DNA from: Pelomyxa schiedti
Lineage: Eukaryota; Protista; Evosea
NCBI GenBank assembly: GCA_020536535.1
Contig: JAHLWZ010000729.1
Span: forward strand, 1-64,000
Direction of reading: 5' to 3'
DNA length: 64,000 nucleotides
Shown piece after piece: positions 39,637-54,973 of this stretch; position 1 is the stretch's first letter, and each line of letters begins with the position of its first letter. Below the pieces are notes generated by a model. That model had not been told where the DNA came from, ran no database searches, and saw only the letters and a program-made list of their open reading frames with translations. Both the position numbers and the translations under genes were made by a program.

Positions 39637-41424
39637 ATGGAGTATCGCGTTGTGTTTGTTGACTCGCCAGAGAACCCAGACAGGGCTCTCAGTGTTTCCT
39701 TGCCACCAGCGGTACAACCTCAAAAAGCGTAATAGATAGATTTTTTACGTCCGGTTTCCAAAGGCATCACTGCAACAACTCCTGGAGACTGTCGCATCAA
39801 CCGTGGGGTGTTGCCACTCCCAAATGAGTGTTGTTGTGCGGGGAAGACATCTTAAGAGCAGAAATGACTTGGTCTCTGCTTTGGTGCAACCTCGTGGTAT
39901 GGACGTTTTAGTACAAGTTGACGAGAATGGATTGAATTTATCCAGCGTTCAGACAACATCTACGTTATACATAAGTCAGTAACTCGCCCAATCCTCACGA
40001 GAAACCTTTGCATGGGAACCATTCTGACCAGAAGTAAGGCTGGCATAAACAGCCAAGAGGTTGGGAGTTGTCTGCCTTCTCCATTTTCACTTTGACACTT
40101 AATCACAGGCATGTGCAAACATTGTCTCAGAATTGGCCAAGACCTGTACATTAGAATCCTGTGACTGGCGCACTGTGTGCCCCTTAGTTGTATCATTCCC
40201 TTGTTTGCTGATTGACTTGTAGGGGGTGGATGTAATTCAATCTTTTTATCCACGGCCTGAATGCAAGGAGAGACAGCAAGTAGATTGCAGCATGAAACTT
40301 CGTATGCTTTTCTCAAAGGTATGGGGAGCTTTACACCTTATAAAGAGCAAGCTCTGCATGCAACCTGCACTTCTCTTATCAGCATTCGGCAAAAATTAGT
40401 CTTTTTGTCCCAGGTTCTGGAAGGTCCAACAAACGAAGATCAATCACAGTGTGATCCCTTACCCAATAACTGAGGATTTAATAAGTACAGGAAGGATGCA
40501 GTTGATTTGGGAGAACAATGTCATCAACTGGCCTCAGTTCTTTCTATTTTAGCAACAACCCTGGCTAGCTTCTCCTCATCTACGATGTCAAGTAAATCAT
40601 GTAATGCCGGCATTTACAAAGCACCTTTTGGGGTTGTCTCTATACACACAGAAGTATTTAATTCCAAGAATGAGCATAATGTAGGCTAACTCTATCTTAC
40701 CCCTTCTCACTGGTTGACTGCAGGGTAGAAGGGAAGATATTTCAAGTATCGCTCCAAAGAGATCTCTCATTCCACCGACTAAAGGCATTGTATGCATACC
40801 CCTAGCCAATAGTTGTTTTTTCGTTTGGTTAAGGGAAAAATAGGAAGAAATGGAGGAGCATGATCACACTTGCTTCATCTATGATTGCTCTCAAAATGCA
40901 AAAGCGGTCGTTATGCAAATGATCCTTGGAACGCTTGCACAGGGCAACAGTTTACTCCTTGTGCTGCAAGCAGCTTTCTTAAGAGATGTATTCAATGGCC
41001 TCTCACAGAGAGGAGTGGACACTGGTACACTCTTATCAACAAATAGACTATCTATTCTGGATAGCTCAGTTTACCTCCATGTAAGGTTCATTGTGTTTCC
41101 AAAACCACCAATCAATTGACCTTCCAGGACCAACCTGCAGAGGAAAGAGTTACCTGGATAAAGGAGAATGCTGAGCACATCCTGGCAAAAAGTGGATGTA
41201 ACTCTATCTCAATTGTGGGGGATGTAGGATACCCTACAGACAAGCCTGAGAATGTCCAACAGATATACGAGCAGCAACTATTATCTTACGAAACTATTGT
41301 AACAAACGCGCTATACAAAGTCCTGCCAGCTGAGTGTATATGCCTCTACGAAAGAGCTGCCTTTCCTCCCCAATTCCTTTCCAAATTGATATTGGTGCAT
41401 GAGTTTGAACTGGAAGAATATTGA
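39637..41424 (+). CDS. Multi-exon protein with possible ubiquitin-like N-terminus and C-terminal MEDS sensory domain
   Basis: KGI|EEMEEHDHTCFIYD...GNSLLLV...ISIVGDV...LLSYE...CICLYERAAFPPQFLSKLILVH follows the MEDS pattern; internal exon joins partly uncertain. Confidence 0.7.
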
Positions 41425-41529
41425 TAGGTGCCACACAACATGAAAAACGAATTTTGTATAAAGTAAACTGCATCCTAATATAGTTGCAGAAAACACTCTT
41501 TCTTTCCTTTGTTTGGTCAGTATTTTTGG

Positions 41530-42447
41530 TCAGTGGTTTTTCAGCCAGGCACGAAACGAATTCACAAACGCTAATCGAGTCCCACTCATTCCAGCAGCCA
41601 CAGCCCACCCAGGAAGGCTTCCCCTGAACAAATGAGAAACAGACAATGGGCAGAAATACCAACCTCAGATCGGTGCAAACAATCTCTGTTATCTCGGTTG
41701 TGTTTGGGTCCACCTCTCTGAATATAACGCCAGAGGGGTAATTCTTTGCACGAACTGAACCTTTTTGAAAGGAGATGAGTATACTTTTTAAAAAGTAGTC
41801 TTGGGGTACCCTGAGCTGGAGTGAGAGATACACCCTCATAAGCTTGAGAACAAAGCACAGCGGCGCGACAAGTGGGATATGATGAAAGTGGCGGGACATC
41901 AGACATAACCCGGCAGTCCACATAGTCACGGGAAGATATCCACCCTCCAACAGCTGGATTTGTTACGACATGAACTATATCCCGGCGCCAAGTTCTCCCT
42001 GAATGAGTTGCGCAAGGGTCTATAGTGTAAATTGATTCCAGAATCTTGAAGGTATTGTCCAATTCTTGATGACTGACAGGATCTGCACCAGGTTAACCGG
42101 AAAGTAGCTAAAAAAAAGGGAAGATTCTTAACCCCACAGTGACTCAAGAACTTTGTTCATGGGAGCATTCAACAATGCAACTGTCTTGAACGTTGAAGGG
42201 CGTGGCTCTGTTCCAGGCCTAATATCAGCCCTGCTTACAGTCACACCATCCTGTGCAATATCGGTAAATCTCAATGCATGTATCAATAACAGTTATTTGT
42301 GGTGACCAGCGGATAACACACCCCTGACTTAACTACGGACCAAATGTCAGCCCTCTGCGCCTTCGATATTAATTCGTCAATTGTGGCCTGGCACAGATCG
42401 CACAGATCTTCCCCGGTCCATGATGGAAGCGCAGGCAATTTACTCAT
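41530..42447 (-). CDS. START-domain lipid-binding protein
   Basis: GWISSRDYVDCR, VRAKNYPSG, TDLR|GSLPGWAV. Confidence 0.85.
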
Positions 42448-42582
42448 GTCAATGTGCCAAGGTGTAAGACGAACTGGAAAATACGATAAACGGAAACACT
42501 TTTTTCCGAAAAAATGATGATCTGCCTGATGAAAAGAGACAAGGAAAAGAACCATAAAAAGATACAAAAAGGCTCTTCGCAG

Positions 42583-45611
<3,029 letters not shown>

Positions 45612-45730
45612 TTTAGGCAGAAATGTAACACCAAATTGATAATTGAAAAAAATGAAAAACTTTATTTTCATTTCGAGGGAAGAGTGATAGGAATTGTACA
45701 GAGAATGGATTGCGTGAGGTGGGTGACTAG

Positions 45731-47206
45731 CTACACCTTGAGGGGTTCACAGGTGGGCAACGGCGAGGGTGAGGGTGAGGCATTTGTGCCGGAGACTGAA
45801 GAGTGGGTGACAGTGGTTGGGTTTGCTTCAGTGGAAGGTGTGCCGGTTGTGGACTCGATAATCTGGGTGAGTAGTGCGCTAAGGTCGTCGTGACATTCAG
45901 TGTTGGCGTTTTGGGTGGCAGTTGCGGCCGTGTTGTGAATTTCAGTGGAAGTCGGTTGTGTGTCACATTCACAAGGAGTTGTAGGAGTAGTGATATGCTG
46001 GTGAACGCGTGATTTCTTGTTTGAACGTACCGTTAATCCTAAAGATATTAGTACGGTATGAATAAAAAAAAAAAGGTGAAACCTTGGTGATCGTCAATGA
46101 CCTGCCCAAGATCTTTCGGAGGTCGTTTCCTGGCAGTATAACCCTGTGTGTTAGTGTGGAGTGCGTGAGGGGAGAGGGGAGGCGTGTTGGGAGAAGAGGG
46201 TTGGGGGGTGTTCTGGTCCTTTTCTATAACGAATTCTTCACGAAAGGCACAATTTGGAAGTTTAATGGACTCATCCAACTCGGGCACAACTGGAGTTGAA
46301 GGAGGTGGAGGAGGAACACTCAGCGCAGGGGAACTGCACCCTGGCACGCAAAAGCCTTCTATGAGTTCATCCACCTCTCCAGTTCTTGTTGAACTGGGAA
46401 CCAAAGCTCCAATCTCACTTACAAATTCATCTATCTCTGCAAATTCGCCAGCTGCTATAGGAGTGCTTCCGTCCACCTCTTCAACAACGACTGCTGTAAC
46501 AATACTTCTCTCATCTTTCACACTGCCCCCTTCAAGCACTTCCTCACAGGTACCAAGTGGTGTCTCAATATTGGCTGTGGGTTCCGCGGTCGTTAGAGTA
46601 GCTGTGACAGTCCGGGCCAGTTGAACCTGTTTCCCTAAGAAGACATCAGAACTACTGCCGCAAATCATTTAAGGACGCACAAGTATCCAAGAGCTTATTA
46701 AAGGTGACAGTAAAGTTTGAAGCACCAGCCTTCAGCTCAATTACAAGTGGTGGCAGTTCAGTGTTACCTGCATTCAGGGCTTCCCAAAAATGTACCAGAA
46801 TGGACATAGGAATTTGCTGTGATGTTGTTTAGTACGAAGGAAGGAGGGAACAAGAAATTACTTCAGCATAGGACAAGCCAGTTCTAAAGGACAGGCCCAA
46901 ACCCGGAAACACCAATGTTACGTCGGAGGCAATAGAAAACCTATCCTGCAAAGCGCGCATGAAAGTGGCGACGTTTTTGTCAATGAGATCGGCGCGGCTC
47001 TCAAACAGAAGAGATGCGTTCGCGTTCGACGTGGAGTCGCTCGGTGGAAGAAACACTGAGTACACACCACCAAGATACGACAAAGAAATGTCGGGAATTG
47101 CTGCACGGAGAAACAGGAAACAAGCCGTAAGACAAAAAAAAAAAAAAAGCCAGAAAAGAAACCATTCGGAACCTTCAATAAGATCTGTCTCGAAAGCGTC
47201 CAACAT
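45731..47206 (-). CDS. Hypothetical protein, N-terminus reminiscent of DUF2420, acidic low-complexity tail
   Basis: YLGGVYSVFLPP...FMRALQDRF...LVFPGLGLSF...PPLVIEL; domain call from memory. Confidence 0.5.
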
Positions 47207-47558
47207 CGGTGAACAATAGTGTAGTGCGGCTCACTATTTGTTGTCGTAACTCTGACTCGTATTTTTTTTTTTTTTGTTTTTATCTCCCTTGCCTTTTCCA
47301 GATTCTCAGGGTCTGGCCCTACGGAGTGAATGAGAAGAAGTCGATTCTTGTACCCGCCAGCGGGTACTCCCCTCGTGATCTTTTTGGCTCGTAAACAACC
47401 CACATTGTTGGGACGGCCCAAAAAAAGAAACGAGGGCGGGGAGCCCATAATGTCGCGCACTTTCAAAACACTTGGTTGCCAGGCAAGAAAATTCACAAAC
47501 GAAGGTGAGGTTTTTTTACCCTGGCTTCTAGACTCACGCCCCTCTGAGTCGAAAACTT

Positions 47559-48152
47559 TTACAGTAACATCCTCATGTCGGTGTTGTGGCCCTCAGGCGA
47601 CCAGTAGCCGTCGCCGTAGGCCACGAAGCCGTGGCGTTGGTACCACCGCACCGCCCTGCCGTTGTTTGTCTGCACGCCCCCGAGCAGCACGAGGCTCCTG
47701 CACCCCAGCGCCGACCTGCAGAACCCCACGACGTGCGGGAAGCACGCGGCGGCCACCCCCCGCGACTGCCACTCGTCCGCGACGCAGGGCGCGAACGCCG
47801 CGTCGGCCTCGCCCAGGCTCGCCCCCGCGCGGTAGTAGCGCGCCCGCGCGTGCGCGTCGCACCCCAGGCCGATGGAGAAGTACGCGACCACGACGACGGC
47901 AGGCGGCGGCGGCGGCGGCGGCGGTGCAGTGTGGTCCAGGGCCTCGGTCACGTCCAGCGCCACGAGCGAGGTTGCTTGGGGGTCGTGGCAGAGGGACGAC
48001 GCGGTTGCTTGGTCCAAGGCGTGCGGAGCAAAGAACTTCCTGGTGGCAGTCGACAGCGACGCGAAAAAAGACCCCAGTGCGGGGGAGTGATCGGGACGCA
48101 GGACGTGCAGCTGCAGGCGCGAGGAGGGCCCGCAGGGCACTAGGGCTATCAT
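47559..48152 (-). CDS. GNAT N-acetyltransferase, intronless, bacterial-type
   Basis: Motif A FAPCVADEWQSRGVA; LLGGVQTNNGRAVRWYQRHGF. Confidence 0.88.
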   Translation of the reverse strand: MIALVPCGPSSRLQLHVLRPDHSPALGSFFASLSTATRKFFAPHALDQATASSLCHDPQATSLVALDVTEALDHTAPPPPPPPPAVVVVAYFSIGLGCDAHARARYYRAGASLGEADAAFAPCVADEWQSRGVAAACFPHVVGFCRSALGCRSLVLLGGVQTNNGRAVRWYQRHGFVAYGDGYWSPEGHNTDMRMLL

Positions 48153-48304
48153 TTTTTTTTTTTTTTAATATCTTTCACCATCCATCTTTACGTGGTTTCG
48201 TTTCTTAAGGTTCGAAAGGGCTTAATGTGTTTATGTTTTTTCCCCCAGCTCGTGGGTTTTGCCCTCTTTTGTGGATGAAGCACAGAGCAGGTTATGAGTT
48301 AGAG

Positions 48305-51300
48305 CTAGGAAGAAGATGACGAGGATGAAGACCTCTTTTTCCTCTTTCTCCGGCTTTTGATTGTGGTTGACGATGAGGAAGTCGAGGAATTTGATGCACG
48401 TTTCTTCCTGTCCTTCTTTGAGTTCTTCCCACGAGATTGTGTCCCCTTTTTTTTCGGCATGTAAATGGCCTTTTTTTTGGGTCGTCGCTTTCGTTTGGGC
48501 TTTGTTTGTTGTGGGGACGAGGATGAGGATGAGGATGAGGATGAGGATGAGGATGAGGATGAGGATGAGGATGAGGATGAGGATGAGGATGAGGATGAGG
48601 ATGAGGATGAGGATGAGGATGAGGATGNNNNNNNNNNNNNNNNNNNNNNNNNNNNNNNNNNNNNNNNNNNNNNNNNNNNNNNNNNNNNNNNNNNNNNNNN
48701 NNNNNNNNNNNNNNNNNNNNNNNNNNNATGAGGATGAGGATGAGGATGAGGATGAGGATGAGGATGAGGATGAGGATGAGGATGAGGATGAGGATGAGGA
48801 TGAGGATGAGGATGAGGATGAGGATGAGGATGAGGATGAGGATGAGGAAGAAGTGCAAGCCTTTGTTGTGGCTTTTCTACTGGAATGGCGTTGTGTTGCC
48901 GAGATGTCATCATCATCAGGGCTGTCATTGTCTGTGGGACTTTCCTCCTTTGCTCTCAGTGATGACATGGGAATGGGTGGCAGTGGCTTCTTGAGCCGGA
49001 ACTGTTCCACTCTGGAATCGTACTTGAGAAGTGCAGCCAAAGGTGGGCTGCAATTCAGCACTGACCCTTTGTTTGCACTTGGCGGTGGGTTCTTGAGGAT
49101 GTACTTGAGGGCCTCTTCTGTTGATGGGCGTTCATCAAACAGTTCCTTAGAGAGGAGTTCCGCCCATTTCTTTACTTCCGCACAACTCTCTGGGTGGGTC
49201 TTACAGAAAGGGGCTTGGCTTAGCATTTGTCCTAGCATATACACATCAGATTTGGCACTGCACTTGCGATCTATGGGTTTTTCAAGAAGGCGCACAGTTT
49301 TTGAGTGATAGGTACCAAACTCGGCAGCATATTCCAAGTCGATCAGAAGCCAGCTATTTGTATCTGGGTTGAACACAAGATTCGCCCACCTCACATCACG
49401 GTGGGCAATTCCGAGGCTGTGAAGGCCTGCCAGGCCAAATAGAGTGCTCACCGCAGCTATGAATAGCTCCAATTCATTGGTTGGGTGCCGAGCATCACCA
49501 AGTGGCGCTAGTGTTACTTCTAATTCTTCTGCACTCTTGGTTTTCTTCGTGTCCCTACTGCCCTTCCTCCCACTGCTGATAACTCTTGGGAAGTGCACAG
49601 CATGAATTATGAAAGGCTTCAATGATTCTTCGACATCTTCTTGTAATCGTCTGTAGACTGAGGAAAATGTTTCAACAGAGAAAGTAGAACTGTGCAAGTG
49701 TCAGTTAGAGCACTCTGATTGGCACAACAAACCAAGTGCGTGATATCCTCTTGTGTATGTACCTATTACTCTTTAAGGTCACCACACAATTTGATTCTTC
49801 TTTCTTCAGTATGATATCTGTAGTCACAGGTATCTTTTGCGTACCATAAGTGTACATTGCGTTTTAGGTATTGACAATGTTACATACCCTGTGAAATACA
49901 TCAAATGTTTTTATCAAACGGCAAACATTGATAGCAAAAATGAACATTTGCAGCTTATCCTATGTGATGAATGTAAGGTTTGTACAGAAAACAGAAATGA
50001 AAACAAACATTTTCTTGAAGCATATCCAGTGACGGCCCCAGCTGTTCAGTGACATATTGTTTGTTTTTTCCTTTAAAGCACACACAGGGCTGAAAAGTTG
50101 CCCCAGAAGTTGCATAGGTCACAAGGTACTTAATGAAAGTAGCCTCAAACCAGGGATCTTTACGGATCTTCTTCCTTAACTCTTTTTTTGGTTTCCCTAG
50201 TGGGTGGACTGCACATTTTTCTTCACCTTCTTTATTTTTGAAAACAGGAGCTCACCTTTGACCATAAGTTTCCCATCAAACTCAAACCACCAGTCTGCTC
50301 GTGTTCCCGCCACAGATACAGATTTTTCTGTTCTGTTCCTTTGTGGTGTTTTGCTTCTTGCTGCCACATCAGGATTGTGCTTCCTCCATTGGTGAAATGG
50401 TTCTGCAAAGTATTTCTCAATCCAGCCAGCAAGGGAAGCCTCTGAGCTGTCTGGGATGCTTTCTCTTCGATATTTCAGTCCAGAATAAACCTCACACAAA
50501 CCAGGGCAACTCCTTGCCAGGTCAAACTGGAACACTTTTGGGAACCTTTGATGCAACCAAATCTCTGAAGAATCAGAAGAAACAGCCAAAGGGGTATCCA
50601 ACAGGTACTTTTTGAGTTCTGCTCTTACAGGCACCTTATCAAAAGGTTTTATCAGAGCATCAATTATTTCTTTTGTCACATCCTCTTTTTGGAGTTACAT
50701 AACACTCAAAAAAGAAAACATAAACCTTGAGATGACAATGTGTCAATCAAATCATCCTCTGATGTAATTGATAGCATTGTCTCCAATGCTTCCTCACACA
50801 TATCCATACCATTTATTTTCTTCATAAACTGCTGTTTTGCCAGAGGAGCGCAATCTTGCCTAATAATAAGAGAATACAAACGCTTTTTCTTTTGGGAATT
50901 CAATGAAAGTGGAAAGAATTCACTCATACCTCTGCTGTAAAAAGCTGATGAAGAAACTTGGATGCTGAAGGTGCAACCACAAGAATTGGCACCAAAGAGA
51001 TAAGATTTGCGATGTTTTCAGTTCTAAGGGTCCAGAATTGAACTAGAAGTGTTTTGAAGTCACAGTTCAAAGATTTCATCTAAAAAAAAATGAGCTCCAG
51101 TGATTTCGAAAGGATAACCTTATGATTGGCCAAAGCCAAGGTTAAGCCATAAGAATCTTTACAGAGGAGCAGTTCCCTAGTGAGTATGACAAGAGATTCG
51201 AGATTTAAATCATCAAGGAATGAGGTGACTTCCATAGGACAACAAGTGTTGATCTAGATTTGTTAGAAATGATAACTGAAAAATAAATGACTTGATACTT

Positions 51301-52098
51301 TATATTCCACCAGGAATTTTGCTGCCTCCAGCGGAGAACTCTCGTATCCTTGAAGATTTTCGATCAAGCACACAAGAGACTGAACGACCAAGCTGTCAAC
51401 AAATTTTCTACTCACTGTGAATCCTAAAGTATCCTCAATCTGTGGTGCACATTCAATTTTCATTTCAATCAGAAAGGAAGAACCTGATGACAGGCAAATA
51501 GCCTTAACACTTGTAAAACGTCATAATCAGCACTATTGTTAGATGTCTGGGTGTGCAGCAAGAAAGTGCAGATTGCAGGTACAGCAACTAAATTGGAGGA
51601 AATTTCCTCAGCAACTCGCCGAACGTCACTGTTAACAGGAAGATGAGTGGAAACGGAGTGCCACTTGGCATGAATAGTTTCCCGCTGTTCTTGGGTGAGA
51701 TGTTTGTCCCTCTGCTGCATGGTATTCACACGGGAACCAACTTGGGAACACCGCGGCTTCTTTTTAGTGGGAGGTGACGGTTTGTTGCCGGACAGTTGGG
51801 GAGGGTGAATGTTAACAGAAGTCTTTGGAGTAGTAGTGGCTGGAGTGCCTAGCACTGATTTGTGTTGTGGCTTTGGCGAATGGCCTGCGACATTGCCTCC
51901 TCCTGTTGTGGAGCTCTTCTTTCCTTTTCTTCCACTTAAATCCTCAATATTAACACTGCAAGCATTCGTGGTGCTCGCTGTTGACAAATCGCCACACTTC
52001 ATCTGAATCTGTGAGGTAGGTAGACACGAGGAGTTGTTGAACTTGTAAGTTACCGCTTCAATTTGGTGCCAAGCGACTTGTCCTCGGTGCACCGACAA
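48305..52098 (-). CDS. Crinkler/CR-type effector: SAM-like header, REase-like domain, protein kinase, poly-Ser/basic tail (start uncertain)
   Basis: DLNLESLVILTRELLCKDSYGLTLALA (SAM-like); RADWWFEFDGKLMVK|GEEK...PKKELRKK; LAGLHSLGIAHRDVRWANL, LLIDLEYA, SDVYMLG; the Ser frame across the gap stops at 48305. Confidence 0.7.
48518..48848. repeat. (GAGGAT)n hexamer microsatellite spanning an N gap (48628-48727)
   Basis: Perfect repeats on both sides of the gap; encodes poly-Ser on the minus strand. Confidence 0.97.
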
Positions 52099-52174
52099 GA
52101 GTGATCTAATTTGTCATAGGATAGAAATGAACTGATGCTAATTGAGCAAATTAGAAGAAAGCCGACAGAATGGC

Positions 52175-52589
52175 CAACACAAGTTGGGGTTGACAGTCAA
52201 GGATGCACGAAGGGGGGAACAATCAAAGAACAGCTTCGACCTCGAAGGTGGGCTCGAATCACACCTTCGATTCGAGCCCGGAACCAAGTAGGTTCGTCGA
52301 CTGGGGGACTCAGAGATTGGATGGTTCCTTTAAAAAACTTCATTTTTTTCTTCCGGAACTACGACACACATGGGGCAACAATCCTGTTGTTGGAAACACT
52401 TGGCTGTTACTTCCCACATGCTTCGCCGGATTGTGTGCGCGACTCACTGTAGTTAAGGCGACCAACTTTTTGATGAAAAGGAAAAAAATAACTGGTTCTT
52501 CGGCGAAGGACAAAAAAGTCGAAGAATTCGACTTCGAAGCTTTATTCGTGCATCCTTGTGGCATTGCCATGAATGACCAACTTGTGTTG
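52175..52589. mobile_element. Candidate MITE-like or fold-back element with multipartite terminal inverted repeats
   Basis: 52175-52187 is inverted at 52577-52589; 52198-52211 is inverted at 52545-52558; 11-bp perfect hairpin 52250-52279. Confidence 0.4.
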
Positions 52590-52659
52590 ACACAGGGTTT
52601 CGAAGCCCGTTTTTTGGTCTCAAGACAAAAAGGTGCAGGATCAACTTGGAAACAATAGG

Positions 52660-54803
52660 TTAACAAGTTGATTTTGGAGGGAGAAGGTGCACTCTGGAGG
52701 GGTTTGTGCTGTTGGGTGTGGTACTGGTTGTTGTGGTGGGGGCTGTTGTGGATGGTGCTGTGTTGGCGCGGTTTCGTGGGGGTGGTTTGGGGGGTGGTGT
52801 GAGCCTGTGTGGGGGTCTGCGGTCTGTTGCTATGGTGTGTGATTGCTTGTTTGCATTTGTGGGTGGTGAGGTTCTCTTCTGTTGTGTGGAAGGACAGGTG
52901 TTTTTTCTTGGTGGTACTGGCGGTTTGGTGGTGGCTGTGCTTGGAGTGGTTGTGGCTGGTTTTGTTGCCGTACCAGTCACGGCTGTTGTGGCTGCAGCTG
53001 TGGTTGTGCTTGTGAATGAGGGGGTTGTAGCTACGGAAGGAGGAGTTGGACTTGCTTTAGGTTTGGTAATGGTTTCTACACTTGGCCTGGGAGGTACTCT
53101 TGAAGTAGGATAAGCCGGGAGGGTCCCGGAACGTGTTGGGCGAAGTGGAAGTGTAGCTGACTGTGTAGCGTTAGGTGGAGGGGAACGAGGCATAGGACGC
53201 GGAGGCGGTGCTGTGGTAGGTGGTGTAGATGGCGTGCCTGTGGATGGCGATGTGGGCGTCGGTGAGGGTGGAGTGGGGGGAGTCGGGGGCTGAGCCCTAC
53301 GGGGGGGTGGAGGCACTGGCCTGTTTCTTGGGGCAGTAGGGCTTGGTTTGTCCGTAGTTGCAGTTGTTGTTGGAGTTGGAGGCTGTGGTCTGCTCTGAGT
53401 TGTGGCTGGATTTACTTCTGTGGAATTGTGAGTAGTTGATGACCTGCCAGTTTTCATTATTTTCCCAGGTGGGGGTGCATTGGAGGATGGGGGGCCTCTT
53501 GGAAAAGAGTTCGCAGGTGGTTTTTGACGGTTATGTTGCATGGTTGATGCTGCTTGATGCGACGATGCAGCAGTTGAAGGTGCTGAAAGAGGGGATGCAG
53601 TAGGCGTTGTACATGATGCGGTGGAGGGTGTTGAAGGAAGGTTTTCTTCCGAGAAAACCTTTATTTCACTTGGTTGAGAGGAAATAATTTCTTCTACAAT
53701 TCCCTGTTTTGTGTAAGAATTAGACAACACGAATTATAACAAACCGCAAATATTGCTTCACTGTGTTCAATGCAAAATTTCACGAGTTCGATAGAGAACC
53801 GTGAATCTTGTATAGTCAGAGATACATCTTGTTGTTGTGGTCTCACTATGCCTGGACCAATAACTTGGAATGGTTAACAGTGTTTCTTGCATTAGAAGGG
53901 AGACCCTACTTAGCGCTAAGTTTTCAGGGCGCATTTGATTTTGCGACGAGTACTTTGACACTTGCTTGAAAAACGTGAATAAGTGCTTCACAATTGCCAC
54001 GCGGTGCCTATTTAATGTTGACATTGACATTTTGCTTTGACTTGTGAGTGGGTGTGTTATTTTTGTGGATACGATAATATGTTGGTTTGAAAAGGGTGTC
54101 AATTTGTGCATTACTGTTAGTGTTGGGGGTCACCAGGGCAGAAAAAGGAGAATCTGCCTAAGTTTTCTTATCTTTACTTCGTTTTCAGTAATTCCTGATG
54201 AGAACTCAATAAAGGGTCAACTTTCAACATAGTTAATCACCTGTTACTGCTATAAACATGTCATACTGTAGAAAAAAAATTACGACCCAAAAATGGTAGA
54301 AACGGGAGGGGGACAAACGAGTTCAGAAGTCATCAACGCATCTGGCAGTTCTCTACAATAAACTGAATTAAGGGTGCATGTACAAATTTGGATATGTGAA
54401 TAACCTTAGCCACAACTTCAATAAACACGCAGCCAAGTGGGGATCTTTCGCCGCAAGTGTGCGCATTAAATCCACATGCTCACCGGAATCGTACCGTGAC
54501 TTTATATTTTGAACTGAGTTTATACTAGCCGACTGCCTAAAGATCCCTTCTGTCTGCAAAAACCACAACCGTTAATACGAAAATAATAATAACAAAACAA
54601 ACATAGAAGACAATAAGCAGCAGTGAATTGCAAAAGAGGGCCGGGGCGGGGGGACGGTGACACACCGATAGAAGGGTCTCAGAGACAGGCGAGTCCAAAA
54701 ACAACTTTGTTACATCTCCCACCACCCACGGAATAGCATCTTCCTCGTGGAATTTGCCGTCGGCCCGTCGCGGAGGCGGCTTTACGTCTCTGCCGAACAT
54801 CAT
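52660..54803 (-). CDS. RhoGAP with long Pro/Thr-rich C-terminus
   Basis: IPWVV, TEGIFRQSAS (arginine finger), DPHLAACLLKLWLR|ELPD, NQMRPENLA. Confidence 0.9.
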
Positions 54804-54973
54804 TCTCGTTACAACTGCAGGTTTTTTACCCTTTTCTCGCAATTTTTTTTTGTTTCTTTTTTCTCTGTCGTCGCTAGTTCTCTCATTTTGAAGATTGCGT
54901 TCCATAAAGGCCAGAGTTCAGATCTGGATAGTGCATGCGCCCGAAACAAAAGATTGGATCTCAAAGCTGCCAT

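Noticed and set aside
48231-48627. Poly-IL, poly-HP, poly-MR and poly-ED ORFs
   Set aside because: Frame artefacts of the hexamer repeat and the arbitrary 100-N gap
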